From: Chiloscyllium plagiosum
Lineage: Eukaryota
DNA: 64,000 nt
Reading direction: 5' to 3'
Assembly: GCF_004010195.1 (NCBI RefSeq)
Contig: NC_057751.1
Coordinates: 3,265,111 to 3,329,110 of the forward strand
Shown piece after piece: positions 27,076 through 40,699 of the stretch. Within the stretch, counting starts at the first letter, position 1; every line of letters starts with the position of its first letter. Made by a program: the position numbers and the translations under genes. The notes below the pieces were generated by a model. It was not told the origin of the DNA. It was given only the letters and a program-made list of their open reading frames with translations, and made no database searches.

Positions 27076-27549
27076 TCTTTGTCTCAGGGTTGAAGTTTCT
27101 CTGATGACCATGCAGTGAGGTATTATTAACTCGGTGTTGTAATGCCTCATGAGGTTGTTCCTGGCTGTGGGCCGTGGATTTGCTGCAGCCCAGGCTTGGT
27201 CCATGCTTTTCCCATATTGAAGAATGTGTCTCCCTCTCTGTCTCTCTTACACACGCACCTGAGTGTGGGGACCTGACTGGGTTGTCTGTCCCATTGCCCC
27301 GAGGGTAGGCCAGGGATTGAGCCTGGGACTGTCACATAGGCCCAGGTTTGAGGGGAGTGTGGGCTCCAGGGGGTGGGAGTGGCATTGACCATGTTTTGAA
27401 TCTGACCTGTACAGCGTGTTCTTGTCAAGATGTTTCTTCTTCACCCCCCCCGCCCTGCCCCCCCATTTGCTCTCAGTTAATGGGTAGCGCGCTCACCTCT
27501 CAGAGAATTGCAAGGTCCCATTAGCAGCTGCTGCAGAGGTAGTGGTGGA

Positions 27550-27722
27550 CAAGCAGGAGGCTGGAGGAACACAGCAACACAGGCAGCATCAGGAGGCAGA
27601 GAAGTCCATGTTTCAGATGTAACCCTTCTGCACCTCCTGAAGCTGCCTAGCTTGCTGTGTACTTCCAGCCTTCTGCCTCTCCACCTTGGATTCCAGCATC
27701 TGCAGTTTTTTTTTGTCTCTAA
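27550..27722. mobile_element. Fold-back short element related to the hammerhead families (core decayed)
   Basis: Imperfect inverted arms and shared CCAGCATCTGCAG end. 16-bp TSD CAGAGGT(A/T)GTGGTGGA at 27534-27549 and 27723-27738. Confidence 0.7.
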
Positions 27723-29713
27723 CAGAGGTTGTGGTGGAAGCAAGTACAATTTAGTCATTTAAGAAACATTTTGACAGGTGTATGGAGGGATATGGATCAC
27801 CATGACTTGTTTAAATTGTGAAAACTGGGCGAGATGGCCAAGTTGGGCCCAAAGGCCTGTTTCTATGCTGGAGACCTCTCTGACACCCCTCGGAATAATG
27901 TATAAAGCTGTCAGTGCAGCCCAGAGGGGGTGCTGCACTGTCACAGGTACAAGGCACACCCTTCTCCCCTTTCAGGTTGGACAGGAACGGATTTCCCTCC
28001 TTAAAGATCCTCGCTCAACATTACAGGAAGGGATCATGTGGTCATTTATCGATTCAGTGTTTCTGGCATCTTGCTCTGTGTAGTTTGCTGCCACATGAGG
28101 CCATTGTTTGTTAAGCACTTTGGGTCCTAAGATTGGTTGAACAAGTGATGGATAGTTGTCTTTTACTTTAGTCCCAAGTGGTGCGTTTTTAAACACCATT
28201 CTCAAGGACAAGAAAGAGGCGGAAGGGAATCTCGGAGCTCTGACACAGCTGCCAGTAAGTGGGTGGGGTGAAGGAAGCTGGGCTGGACAAGAGGCTGAAC
28301 ACAGGCAGAGCTGGAGAGATAGGAAGTTCACATTCCGAGTCTCGGTCTCCAGCACCTACAGTTCTTTATTCTCCAAAAGGCCAGTCTGGGGGAGTGTAGG
28401 TATCTTTTTGGTTTGTTGTTGTCACATGTACTGAGATACAGTGAGAAGTGCATGCTATACAGGGAGATGTGCATTGTACATCAGGGTAGCAGACAAAGTG
28501 CTGAACACAATGTTATCAGCACAGAGAGTGAGACCAACACTCCCATTGGAAGGGTCTGCTCAAACCCTTGCAGCGTTGCTGAAGGAGGGAAGGTCATTCT
28601 TGGTCTCACAAAACAAGTATTTGGGAGTGAGCTAACTCCTCTGGTTTCTTTGTGCATGGCCCAGGGAAGCGTGTTGCCTCCTCAGGAATGTGAGCTCCTG
28701 GGGAAATAGTTCCCCACTGTCTGTGAGGATCAGCTCAGTGCTTTCCAGATAACTGCCTCTCCATTTGCTGTGAAACAGTGCGCGGTAAGGCCAGCACTCA
28801 GACCTTGCAATAGGGACACTGAGGCTTCTTGCTAAACTGCACAAAGTCTGAATCTGCATCACATCACACCACATCAGCTCCTGAGAGCACACACTCAGGG
28901 TGGGGGTCACCGAAAGGGAACTGTGTGTCCAGAATAATAATGACTGAATTGCAAACACACAGGCAGGCAAATGCAGCTCACAGAATTTCACTGCCCTGTT
29001 TTCAGCTGAAAGGACTGTTACTCGAATCTGCTCATCACACTGACATTTTATTCTCTCCTATATAATTTCCTCTTCATCTCTTCTGTCCCCTCCCCTTCCC
29101 TCTGACTATGTGCAGGGATTTGTGGATCTGTTCCCACCTCACGTAAGGGTGACCAGCCTGAAAAGAGGATGGTGTTGGTGGGCTGTTTGATTGTGGAGGC
29201 ATCATCCAGGAGGTGATCCTTTTCTGACTGGATTGAAAGACTGATCATGATTACAAGGTGGTTGTCTGAGAATGAGGCAAGGCTGAGCATTGCAGCCTTC
29301 AGTGGAGAGCTGATAACCACCCAGCACTGGGAATTTTAGATTATTTCATGGGATGTAGGCTGGTCCAACATTTTAGAGCCCAGTGACTATGTGCAGAAAT
29401 GGATGGTCAGTGGCTTTCTTGAAACCACTGCAGTCATGTGGTACCTGCACACACCGTGCTGTTACGGGTAGGAATTCTGCAAGAAGGGGGAAAAGAATCA
29501 TTTTGGAGAAGAGACAGCCCAGTGACTTATGATCTCCAACACACTCCACCATCAAACATGTTTTGCCCATCTCTTATTCCCCTTGACCTGCATGACTTGG
29601 GGAAGAGGGTTTCAGATTACACCTCCCCGCCCCCATGAAGAAATGCTGATGTCCTGACTTTGCCTTGAAGGCCGAGCTTATTTGTTTAAAAATAGACAAA
29701 GACTACAAGTCAA

Positions 29714-30756
29714 AGGAGCAGAAATTAGGCCATTCAGCCCGTGCAATCTGCTCTGTCATTCAATTATGGCTGATAGGTTTCTCAACCCCATTCTCCTGCT
29801 TACTCCCTGAAACCCTTGGTCCCCTTGATACTCAAGAACCTATCTNNNNNNNNNNNNNNNNNNNNNNNNNNNNNNNNNNNNNNNNNNNNNNNNNNNNNNN
29901 NNNNNNNNNNNNNNNNNNNNNNNNNNNNNNNNNNNNNNNNNNNNNNNNNNNNNNNNNNNNNNNNNNNNNNNNNNNNNNNNNNNNNNNNNNNNNNNNNNNN
30001 NNNNNNNNNNNNNNNNNNNNNNNNNNNNNNNNNNNNNNNNNNNNNNNNNNNNNNNNNNNNNNNNNNNNNNNNNNNNNNNNNNNNNNNNNNNNNNNNNNNN
30101 NNNNNNNNNNNNNNNNNNNNNNNNNNNNNNNNNNNNNNNNNNNNNNNNNNNNNNNNNNNNNNNNNNNNNNNNNNNNNNNNNNNNNNNNNNNNNNNNNNNN
30201 NNNNNNNNNNNNNNNNNNNNNNNNNNNNNNNNNNNNNNNNNNNNNNNNNNNNNNNNNNNNNNNNNNNNNNNNNNNNNNNNNNNNNNNNNNNNNNNNNNNN
30301 NNNNNNNNNNNNNNNNNNNNNNNNNNNNNNNNNNNNNNNNNNNNNCAATATTCCAACAGTGGCCTAACCAATGTCCTGTACAGCTGCAACATGACCTCCG
30401 AACTCCTGTACTCAATACTCTGACCAATAAAGGAAAGCATACCAAACGCTGCCTTCACTATCCTATCTACCTGCAACTCCACTTTCAAGGAGCTATGAAC
30501 CTGCACTCCAAGGTCTCTTTGTTCAGCAACACTCCCCAGGACCTTACCAATAAGTGTACAAGTCCTGCTAAGATTTGCAATTCCAAAATGCAGCACCTCG
30601 CATTTATCTGAATTAAACTCCATCTGCCACTTCTCAGCCCATTGGCCCATCTGGTCAAGATCCTATTGTAATCTGAGGTAACCCTATTCACTGTCCACTA
30701 CACCTCCAATTTTGGTGTCATCTGCAGACTTAGTAACTGTACATCTTATTCTCACA
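29714..30756 (-). mobile_element. CR1 LINE sequence on both sides of an N gap (possibly two elements)
   Basis: WAEKWQMEFNSDKCEVLHFG...RDLGVQV...LYRTLVRPLLEY right of the gap; CR1 3' tail left of it. Confidence 0.88.
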
Positions 30757-30759
30757 TAA

Positions 30760-31432
30760 GTTACTGATTTATGGACTGAGACCTGCTGACTTAGGGTCTG
30801 AGAGTTACTGATTTACGGTCTGAGACTGACTGTTTTAGGGTCTGAGACTTGCTGATTTAGGGTCTGAGAGTTACTGATTTAGGGTCTGAGACTGACTGAT
30901 TTAGGGACTGAGACTTAATGATTTAGGGTCTGCGACTGACTGATTTAGGGTCTGAGTTACTGATTTCGGGACTGAGACTTAATGATTTAGGGTCTGAGAC
31001 TTGCTGATTTAGGGACTGAGACTTAATGATTTAGGGTCTGCAACTTGCTGATTTCGGGTCTGCGACTTGCTGATTCAGGGTCTGAGAGTTACTGATTTAG
31101 GGTCTGAGACCTGCTGATTTAGGGCCAGTGAGTTACTGATTTACGGTCTGAGACTGACTGATTTAGGGTCTGAGACTTAATGATTTCGGGACTGAGACTG
31201 ACTGATTTAGGGACTGAGAGTTAATGATTTAGGCTCTGCGACTAACTGATTTAGGGACTGAAACTTAATGATTTAGGGTCTGAGAGTTACTGATTTAAGG
31301 TCTGAGACTTGCTGATTTAGGGTCTGAGACTGACTGATTTAGGGACTGAGACTTAATGATTTAGGGCCTGAGACTGACTGATTTAGGGACTGAGACTTTG
31401 CTGATTTAGGGTCTGAGACTGACTGATTTCGG
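30760..31432. repeat. Minisatellite, about 22-bp unit CTGATTTAGGGTCTGAGACTTG
   Basis: Directly visible tandem periodicity. Confidence 0.95.
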
Positions 31433-32899
31433 ATTGTGGTTTTTGATTTGCTGCAGTACTCCTATCGAGTGGATAGATTGCACATGTGATTCTTGGCAGG
31501 ATTGCCACAATGAACTGTCTGTGCATTGTTCACTTCAACAGGAGGTACTGAGTGTTCTGGAAATCAGGATGGTTGGTAAGTTTCTCCCTGGGTTTTCCCG
31601 GAATGTGGAAGCTGTCCTGCTTGAGATCAGTCAGCACCTCAGAGCAGCAATCAACCATTTGGAACTTATGCTGAGTATGTTCATCTCAACTTGATCTCTC
31701 CGCTCACCCATCTGTCAAAACCACTTCTGTGTTTTTCTGAAACCGAACCTTTCCAACTAACTGATCACACTTTATCCTCGCTAAAGTGCATCTCATCCAA
31801 ATCTTTTGCCACCTGTAACTTTTACAGCTCAAGTCCCCTCAGAATGAACTGTTGTGTTTCTGTAAAGCATGCATCTTGACTTGTGCAGTGCATCAAGTTC
31901 TGGTTGCCACACTTCAGGAAGGATGTGACATCCCTTGAGAAGGTGTGGAGGAAATTCAGCAGAACAGTTTCAAAGATGAGGGAATTTAGCAACCATGTCA
32001 GTTTGCAGAAGCTGGGCTGGCCCTCCTTTGAGCAACAGAGGTTGAAGATAAATTTGAAATTGGTGCATCAGATTAGGACAGGTTAAGGTAAGGCTAACAA
32101 GCAAAAACTATTCCCATTAGCTGATGGGCAATTAGGATGGGCAATAGATTGTGATTTTATTGTCACATGTTCTCAAGTACAGGAGCATTGTGAAAAGTGT
32201 ATAATGTCGCCACATGAGGTGACATTTTTATTACAAGTACATAGGTAGAGAGTCTTTAGAGCAAGATGGAAAGAAAGAACAAAGTTAAAAATTGCACTAA
32301 TTATAGAACAGTCTGAAAGTTTAAACATTACAGTCTTTCTTAAGTGATTTGCCACAGTGGGACCGCACTTTGAGGGAACACCTGAAGCCCAGAAGTCCAC
32401 TCTGGGCCAAGAGTCTGCTATGCCATGCTGAGGGACTCCCCCCGCCCCCCCCCCCCCCACCACCCCATGTTCGGAAGTACCAGAACAGAATTGGAGGGCT
32501 GCCTCACTGGGTCTGCAGTGAGTCTGAAGCCAGGAGAAAAAAGGAGAGAGAAGGAAAAGAAAAATAAATGGAACTCCACTTCAAACGTCCTACTCCATTG
32601 CCATCTTGGAGTTTACGTGGATGCTGACCTAGCCAGTGATGCCAATAGTCAATGAATGCCTCAAAAAAACTGACCTGATTTTCACACTGTCCAAGTGAGT
32701 ACAAACCTCCTCTAATTGAATAGTGAGAGGATCCTCGTCTGATCATTGCCACAAATTCCACTCCTTCATCACCAATTACATGCCTCTCTTTGGCAACTAT
32801 CTCAATCTGAATCAGACAGTTCAAACCTTGTCATATGTGTCCCGGAGATAGCTGCCAACTCTGTACCCATCCCACTCCTAACGCCACTTACTTCCACCT

Positions 32900-33420
32900 C
32901 TGCAACAAGACCAGATTTTTCCCCTTCCTTAGTCCTCAACTTTTCACCTCTTATTCACCCTTTCATGCCTTTCGTACTTTGTCCACCTGTAATCTTAAAG
33001 CCAACCAAAAGCTTGATTCAATTTCTTAACTCACACCAAACTCCATTCACTCCTCAACCCTGCCATTCATCTATGTTAGCTCCCAATTAAACAAAGCCTC
33101 CTTTTTAAAAGTTCTTCTCTTTATTTTCAAAACCCCCTGTTTCCCACCCATCTCTGGAATTTCCTCCAACTCCACAACCCTCTGACACCTCTGCCTTCTC
33201 TAATTCTGGCCCCTTGAACACCTCCAATTTTAATCATTCCACCATTGGCAGCCATCAGCCATGCCTTCGGCAGCCTGGTCCCTCAGCTCAGGAATTGCAT
33301 CTCCCTCACTCAAATTCCTCCTATAAACTTTTTAAGGCTATTAGTCATCAGCTCGAACATCTCACCTGCATAGCTGTTGTTTGATAATGCCTTTGAAAAT
33401 CTCCTTGGGGACTTTATTAT
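32900..33420 (+). mobile_element. Ancient L2-like LINE 3' remnant (similar remnants near 26080-26290 and 35030-35290)
   Basis: Pyrimidine-rich degenerate sequence with CCACCATTGGCAGCC...TGCCTTC...CTCAGGAATT resembling L2/CR1-group 3' ends. No intact ORF. Confidence 0.45.
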
Positions 33421-33784
33421 TTGAAGGACTCCAGACCAGCACAAACTCTATTGTTTGTTGTCCTTATTAGATGTAACTTTGGATGCCCCTTCCTTTCTTC
33501 CCTTGGGAGCTTGTTGAGTGTATTCCTTAACAATCTCACTTTCAAGGCATCCCATTGATCGATTACTGTTGCTCCAATCAGTCTTTGGTTTTCACCCACC
33601 TCAAGGCAAACACTGCTTCAGTCCTGAAATTGAGTACTTCCACCTCTGATATTTCCTTGTCCTTTTCCTCCACCTAATAGCAGTGGGACTGCTGCTTGTC
33701 AACTGCATTCCTGTGCAATCTCACTCCCTCCTCCCTCCAGAATCAGCTTCAGGCTTGGAACACATTCACTGAATTCATAAATAG

Positions 33785-34116
33785 TGTGGAATCAGACCAT
33801 TCAGCCTACTGAGTCCATACTGACCCTTTGAAGAGCATCGCATCCAGATCCAAAGCATCTCATCCTTGTAACACTGCATTTCCTATGGCTGATCCAATTA
33901 ACCTACACATCCCTCGTGCACTCTGGACAATTTAGCGTGGCCAATCCACCTGAACTACACATCTTTGGATTGTGGGAAAAATCCGGAGCACCCGGAGGAA
34001 ACCCACATAGACTCGGGGAGAATGTGCAAACTCCATACAGGCAGTCGTCTGAGGGTGGAATTGAACCCGGGCTCCCAGCACTCTGAGGGAGTAGTGCTAA
34101 CCACTGAGCCACTGTG
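33785..34116 (-). mobile_element. V-SINE (HE1-like)
   Basis: CACAGTGGCTCAGTGGTTAGCACT head, GGTTCAATTCC B box and V-domain-like core. Confidence 0.85.
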
Positions 34117-35402
34117 ATGCTCTTGTCCATGTTTCAGAAATTCCTTCTCCTTTCCCCTTTATTGTTGTATTTTCCCAGTATATATGAAGGGAAGACTCTC
34201 ACACCACAAAATTCTTGCATCCTTCTGAAATTTGCCTTCAGCTGCATTCCTCTGCCTAATTCCGTGTCTTTGATCGCTGGCAATGGCCATGCAACTTCTG
34301 AAGTGTCAAGCGCATCTTCATTGCTTTACATCCATCAGGGCACACCCACAACTTCCCACCACTTGTCATCTCCAAACTTTTCTCTCTCTTCGAAGTAGGA
34401 ATCAACTCTGACTGAATGAGTTTCAGGAACAGTCAGTACTGTCATAGTTAACACAATGTGAGCCCTTCTTGTGCACATTCATAAACAAACCAGCTTCTGT
34501 CCCACAGCATTGCCTTCCTCTTAAAGACCAGGCTGCCCAACATTGTCTGTTACTGCCATCAAAGTTCATTGTGAGTGCAGATAAAAACATTTCAGACAGT
34601 CCGTGACCTTGGCTGAGAATGGAAAGTAAATATTGAGCCCTCTCGTTAAATTTCCAAGTGAAAGTCACACTTAACCAGAGTAGTGACTGATGACCACAAA
34701 GCGACATTTGCATAAACTGTACCAGTTACAGGCACCAGCAAAGCAAACCAATATATACGTATGGGATCCTGTGGCTGTTTTCTGTCAGTACATTTTGTTG
34801 ATATGATAATGGCTAATCCTGCCTTCCATGTGTTATACCAATGACACAGTCTGTGATGGCTCTGCATCCATGGAAAAAGGCAACAACAATTTATTGATGG
34901 ATAAAAATGTGACCCAAGTGCAGAGGGCTCAGCTAACAGTCTTAGTGAGTCACTGCAGTCTGCTCAGAGTCGTATGTGAATTAAGAGAAACTCTCAGAGC
35001 CTGTTGTTCCCTCTGACTTGTCAGTTTTCTCCAGTTCCTTCCCTCCTCCTGAGAATATACTAGTTGCGGAGTTACAGTGGCAAGAGTCCTCTTCCTGTCA
35101 AATCCCTCCATGTTCTCATCGCTCTCTGTTCTTCCAGCCCTCCTTCGTTTCCTTGTTTACCCCTCAATTTCTTTGGCCTTGCTGTCAGGGACTTCCCTCC
35201 ACCATTTCAAACCTGCCCACTATCAGTGGCCATGCCTTCAGGCCCTGAGGCCTGAGCTCTCTGGAATGAATTCCTTGGAGCGTCGTTCTTTTGTGCATCC
35301 ACTGAGATGACTGACCCAAGGTTCTCAGGTGCAACTGGACTCCATGACCTTCTCACTCAGAAGGGAGAGTTGATGACTGAACTGAGGCTGGCTAAAATCT
35401 GT

Positions 35403-35540
35403 CCTGAGAAAGGGTCACTTGGCCCGAAACGTTAACTCTGATTTCTCTCCGCAGGTGCTGCCAGATCTGCTGAGCTTTTCCAGCGACTTCTGTTTTTATG
35501 TCTGATTTACAGCATCTGCAGTTCTTTCGGTTTTTATCTG
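35403..35540 (+). mobile_element. Short hammerhead-family element (subfamily 2)
   Basis: CTGAGAA-A-GGGTCACTTGGCCC-GAAAC-GTT-AACTC (G8>A variant), followed by the TGCTGCCAGATCTGCTGAGCTTTTCCAGC...CAGCATCTGCAG body. Confidence 0.7.
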
Positions 35541-37714
35541 GGAAAAAGTCTTGATTGACATCCAACAAGCCCTTAGCTTGTTCTCACTGAACGACATGGG
35601 TCAGTGTTATTCTGACATTGTCCTACGGTTCATTTTTTTTTTCAATTTTATGTTGGAAGAAATCCCACTTGCATCCAAAAATAACTGGGATGTCCATTCA
35701 TGTTTCTCACCGACGATGTGAATTTCATCAGCCTCTGGTGATACCGCTGTATTGAAAATGATATGCATCTCTTTTAACCACTCTGAATAAAATTGTCAAA
35801 CACATTTTATAGGGATAATTTCACAGCAAAGTTTGACTGATCAGTCATTCATTTTAAGTGTTAGCAATAATGTAAGGTCACAATGAAGGAGGAGGGAGTC
35901 AAGTTAGATTAACATAATCTCATAAAGAACTCAGAAACCCGCATCCAGTTAACGGATTGAAGGTAACTGGCCAGCAGTCATAATTACTATCCTTTCTTTA
36001 CATTAAAAAATGAAAACAGAATAGACATCATTCGCATGTCCTTTTTATTCCTCGGTATTGCTTTCAGTTTTTGAAAGAACCTCTGTTTAAGTAGTGCTAA
36101 TGGAAACACTGGGAAACTGACTCGGAGAGTCACAAACTGTGACAGTGAGTGATCTCCATTTACAGTAAAAACACTGATACGCTCCATTGGTTTTCGTGCC
36201 CCGAACAGTCCGTATGTAGCATTTGTGTTTGATCAGTGCATGCAAGCCATTCACCTTATCGTGTTCCATGGGATTACTAAATTAATCATTGAAATATAAA
36301 CTTCAGTGGAGCTGATTATGTAAATCATTGTTAAACCATTAGATGAAGCATTGGTATTGCTGGCAATTGGCTGATTACTGACGCCTTTGTGCTAAACACG
36401 CATTAACAGAAAGCTTAAAAACGGATCCAATTGGCAGCAAGATGGCAGAAGACATTTCCCAAAGAAAATAAACTACCCTGCTGCAATTTCAGCGAAAGCT
36501 GCACTCCTCTGTGGTTATTTCCATCATGGACATGAGGGATTCATGGTTAGAACACTGGCGATCCCTATTTTTGGATGTATTTGAATCTTTTACCCAGTAT
36601 TGTTTATGTCAATGTATCTCGTCACCAGACTGTGACTGACTTGGCATTTACAGTTGTTGACATTCTTGGTATGAAGAGAGAAAGGATGGATTGTTGTCAG
36701 ACTGGAAAAACCATCTTTACCTTCGTATGGCAATATTTGTGAGATTGAGGGCATTTTGTGAATCTCTAGAGATTGTGAATGGCGCCGTGTAGTGGGTATT
36801 GTGTGTCACTTTGGGCAGCTAACCTTGAAATAGATCTCCCTTGTGACCATTCCCCTCTTCCTGTCCGTTATGTTTGCCAGGGAGTGACGGCAGGGAGCAG
36901 CAGCAGCTCCTGGGAAATTGTGGGCCATCGGTGCGTGCAGAGAGTTCCTAAGTATATGGCAGTGGTCCTCGGAACATGTTTGAAAGGCTGCAGTAGGAGA
37001 CTTACAGTTCTACCTTTGGGATCACAGCAAAAAAGATGAAAGAGGGGATAAAATTCTCAGAGGTATTATGGAGTGGTTTAGTTCAGGTTGTGAACGTCAG
37101 ATTGGAGGGACTGTTTTACACTGGACATAAAAGCAAAAAAAAAGAGAGCTTTTGTTGATACAGCACCTTCCAAAGGTTCAAGACACCGCAAAGAACTTCA
37201 TCTCAATGAAGTAGTTTAAAATTGCAAGCACTTGGTTATGTGGGAATTAATGGTAGCCAATTTGTGGTCGAGGCTTGAACAGGCAGCCAGAGAGTGACCA
37301 GATGATCAGTATTCTGACTGATGTTGACTGAAGAGTAAGTATTGCTGAGAGACTGTGAAGAATTGGAGAGTCAGCATTGAGCTTGTGCTCAGTTACCTGG
37401 AGTGCAACCTTCTGACCCAGAGCATTAGGCCAGGTCTGCCACAGCTGACACCCCTCAGAACATGTCATCACCAAACAGTGAAGCAGCTGGACAAAACAAT
37501 CATCTGAAAGATAACTACTTGTGATAGCAGGAAAGGTTCACTGGGTGGCTTCCTCGAGAGAATGGGTTTGGGTTTGTCTTGTGGGGAACGGTTGGGTGTA
37601 ACCACATGAGGGGTGATACACAGGGTGCATGTTGAAGTTCCAATCATGCGTGAGTTGAGAACAAGGGGTCCCACTTTCAGAATAAGGAGGCTCCCATTTA
37701 AGATGGACTCTCAG

Positions 37715-38030
37715 ACGATGGTCAGGGAGTCCAGAACTAGAGGGCATAGTTTTAGGGTGAGAGGGGAAAGATATCAAAGGGACCTAAGGGGCAACCTTTT
37801 CACGCAGAGGGTGGTACGTGTATGAAATGAGCTGCCAGAGGATGTGGTGGAGGCTGGTACAATTGCAACATTTAAGAGGCATTTGGATGGGTATATGAAT
37901 AGGAAGGGTTTGGAGGGATATGGGCTGGGTGCTGGCAGGTGGGACTAAATTGGTTTGGGATATCTGGTCGGCATGGACGGGTTGGACAGAAGGGTCAGTT
38001 TCCTTGCCGTACATCTCTATGACTCTATGA
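37715..38030 (+). mobile_element. CR1 LINE 3' end
   Basis: ESRTRGHSFRVRGERYQRDLRGNLFTQRVV; CTCTATGACTCTATGA tail. Confidence 0.9.
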
Positions 38031-39164
38031 CACCCAGCAGTGGATGCTAGATCATTGAATTCTTTTTCAAGATTGAGTTTAACAGAGTTTTGATTGACAA
38101 GGCAGTCCTTGGTACAAGGGTCAAACAGGAAAGTGGAGTCAAGGCCACATCAGATCTGCCATGCTGTTATCGAATGCAGAAATGGTGCAGTCCTGCCCCT
38201 GTTTGTCATGTTCTGATTGAGAACAGACTGGATAGTCATTGATGTGGATTACACTTGATTGCTCCAGTGTATATCCTAAGGTCCTTCTCTGGATCCTTTG
38301 CAGCGAAGTGAGGGAAATGTCTGCTGGAGAAAAACAGCAGAATTGACCACACTTCCCAATATTGAACATTGTTCTGCTGACATAGGTCAAATCACTGGCT
38401 CAAATGATTGGACCTTTCACGACATAGTGGCAAGCCCAACTCAGCAAGTCTGACCAGCAGGTTTTCTCAAGGATCACACACCTCAAACATGTCGGTTCCC
38501 ACGATTTGCTTGACCGTTTATCAACTGTGATGAACAAAGATGTCTTGCCCATTTTCGAAACAAAGGGGGAACATCAACTCACCAGGTGGAATTATTTTGG
38601 CAAGCTGGTTCTGAATACACAGGGGTTTCTGGCTGCTCAGAGTTGGGTACAGTGTGGAATATTTATTTTGCTAAATGGAAGCTTTCTATTTTTATTCAAG
38701 TACAAAGTATTCAGGACAGGATGCACGAAAGAAAATTGTTCACATTGTGTTCAAGACGTCAGTCATCAACACAACTCTCTGCAGCACAGTGGGACCCTGA
38801 GGAAAATGTTTGCCCCAGCTTTACTTCAGTTCTGTCCATTTCTGTCTGCTAATTGTGAACCCGCCAAGGCTCAGTGTCTCTTGCTGAGAGGGTTGTGCCT
38901 GCAGAGTGAAATCTAGGCAGGCCCTATGGGCCGCTATACTGAGGGAGTGCTGGACTGTCGGTGGTAAGGTCTGTCAGGTAAAATGGTCAACTCTCAAGTG
39001 GGCATGGAAGATGCCAGAGCACGGGAGTTGCCTTGGCCATTCTTATTGGGAGGCTAGCCAAGATCACTCAAAATGCCATCACTCCAAAAATTATCTCATT
39101 GCAATGTTTCTTATATCCTGATAGAATGTTGCACATCTGACTACAGTCAAGAGTGAACGCTGTC

Positions 39165-39400
39165 AAGAACTTGCATTAATATCTTGCCTTATGCAACCTC
39201 AGGAAAGGCCAAAGCATTTCCCATCTATTTGATTATTTTAAAAGTACAATGACCATTGTGACAAAGGCAAATAGAGCAGTCAATCTCTGCACAGCAAGCT
39301 CCCATAAGGCAGCAATGAAATGAATCTAATTTTTGAGTTAATTTTTGATCAGAACACAGTGGAATGCTGCCTGGTATTCTTCACATATTGTTAAGATGAG
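39165..39400 (-). mobile_element. Old DeuSINE/SacSINE-like remnant (related pieces near 24170-24330, 37140-37460, 38910-39110, 42620-42710)
   Basis: Shared CTGCACAGCAAG(C/A)TCCCA and GCAGCACTC/GAGTGCTG motifs recurring in the window. Family name is recalled, not searched. Confidence 0.4.
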
Positions 39401-40699
39401 CTGAGGAACAAACAGTAAGTCTTTCAGCCACAAGAGGTTTTTCCACTGTTCAGTTTGATGGTTAACTCTCTCTATACACCTTTTCCTCATATCCCTTCAT
39501 GCTAGCAAAACTCACTGAGGTCACGCATTGGAAACCTAGCCCTACTATTCGCAGAGTTATCACAAAAGTTAAAGATTTTAACGAAACCATTTACTTGGTT
39601 TTTAGACTCAGGTTTCTGAACTTAACAAGGATTATTATTTATTACAAGCAATACAATTCTAACCACAGGTAAACAATTATAAACCATCGACATGTAGCAC
39701 TAGAAATGAAAACTCTCATCTCCTTATTAACTTTCCTTTACACACACAAACAGGATAAAACCAGTTATGGGCAGTGCAAAACTGGGAGGCAGCTCCATAA
39801 TTTCTGTTCATGAGTTGCTGAGATGATTGTTACGATTCTTATGCTGATCAGAACATTGCTTTTCGATCACCTTTCTTTGGGTGTTTCCACTAATTTGGGA
39901 GAGACACAAGGTGACAATTCACTGATAACTGGTTTTCTTCAGGTTTGTGGTGAGACAGTATCTGAGTTGTTGCAGAACAAGTGCCTTCTCTGCATCTTGT
40001 TGACAGCACCGTTCTGTTCTGTTAACTAACAAAAAACACGCAGAAGGCAAAAGGCCTTTGCCATCAATAACTTGTCTCTTGTCCATTCTTCAATAAACTT
40101 CTAGTTGCCACCCAGCTGCATCTAAACACAACATCTCACCTCCTGTTCATCTGCAACCAATTTAATTACTGCTTGTTCAAACAGCTATTTACAATGCTTG
40201 TCATGAGTTTCAGATTATTTGCTTTTCAAAACACACATCCATTCTTTCAAAACATTGGTTTGTAAAACAGTGCTTTCTCATTTCAGGCCACAACTTAAAA
40301 ATCCAAAAGTAAAAGCACAACGATTTTTTAATTCTTCAGGATGACAAAGTTTGGGTTGGTTTTCAGGCAGACCCCCAACTGAAAATAGAAATTAAAGAAT
40401 GAAACAGAGAAAAGAAACTGAGCTTCCCAGTTTTGAAGAAAACAGTAATAAATAGATATTTAGAAACAAAATCGTCTGGGAAAAATTAACCTCGCTGAGA
40501 GATGTAAAAAGACATAGATCAGTCTAAGTGGGGTAGTGGAAATTGATAAGCCCAGTGGTGCTGTACAGCAAGACTGATGAAGGCAGAGTTCTGATCAAGA
40601 GGCTGAGAAAATGTTTCTTCTTCTGTTTCTATTACTTAGACAACATTGTGTGTTGGATGAAGACTGCACTGAGGAGATTCCATAGGCCCATACGAATGG

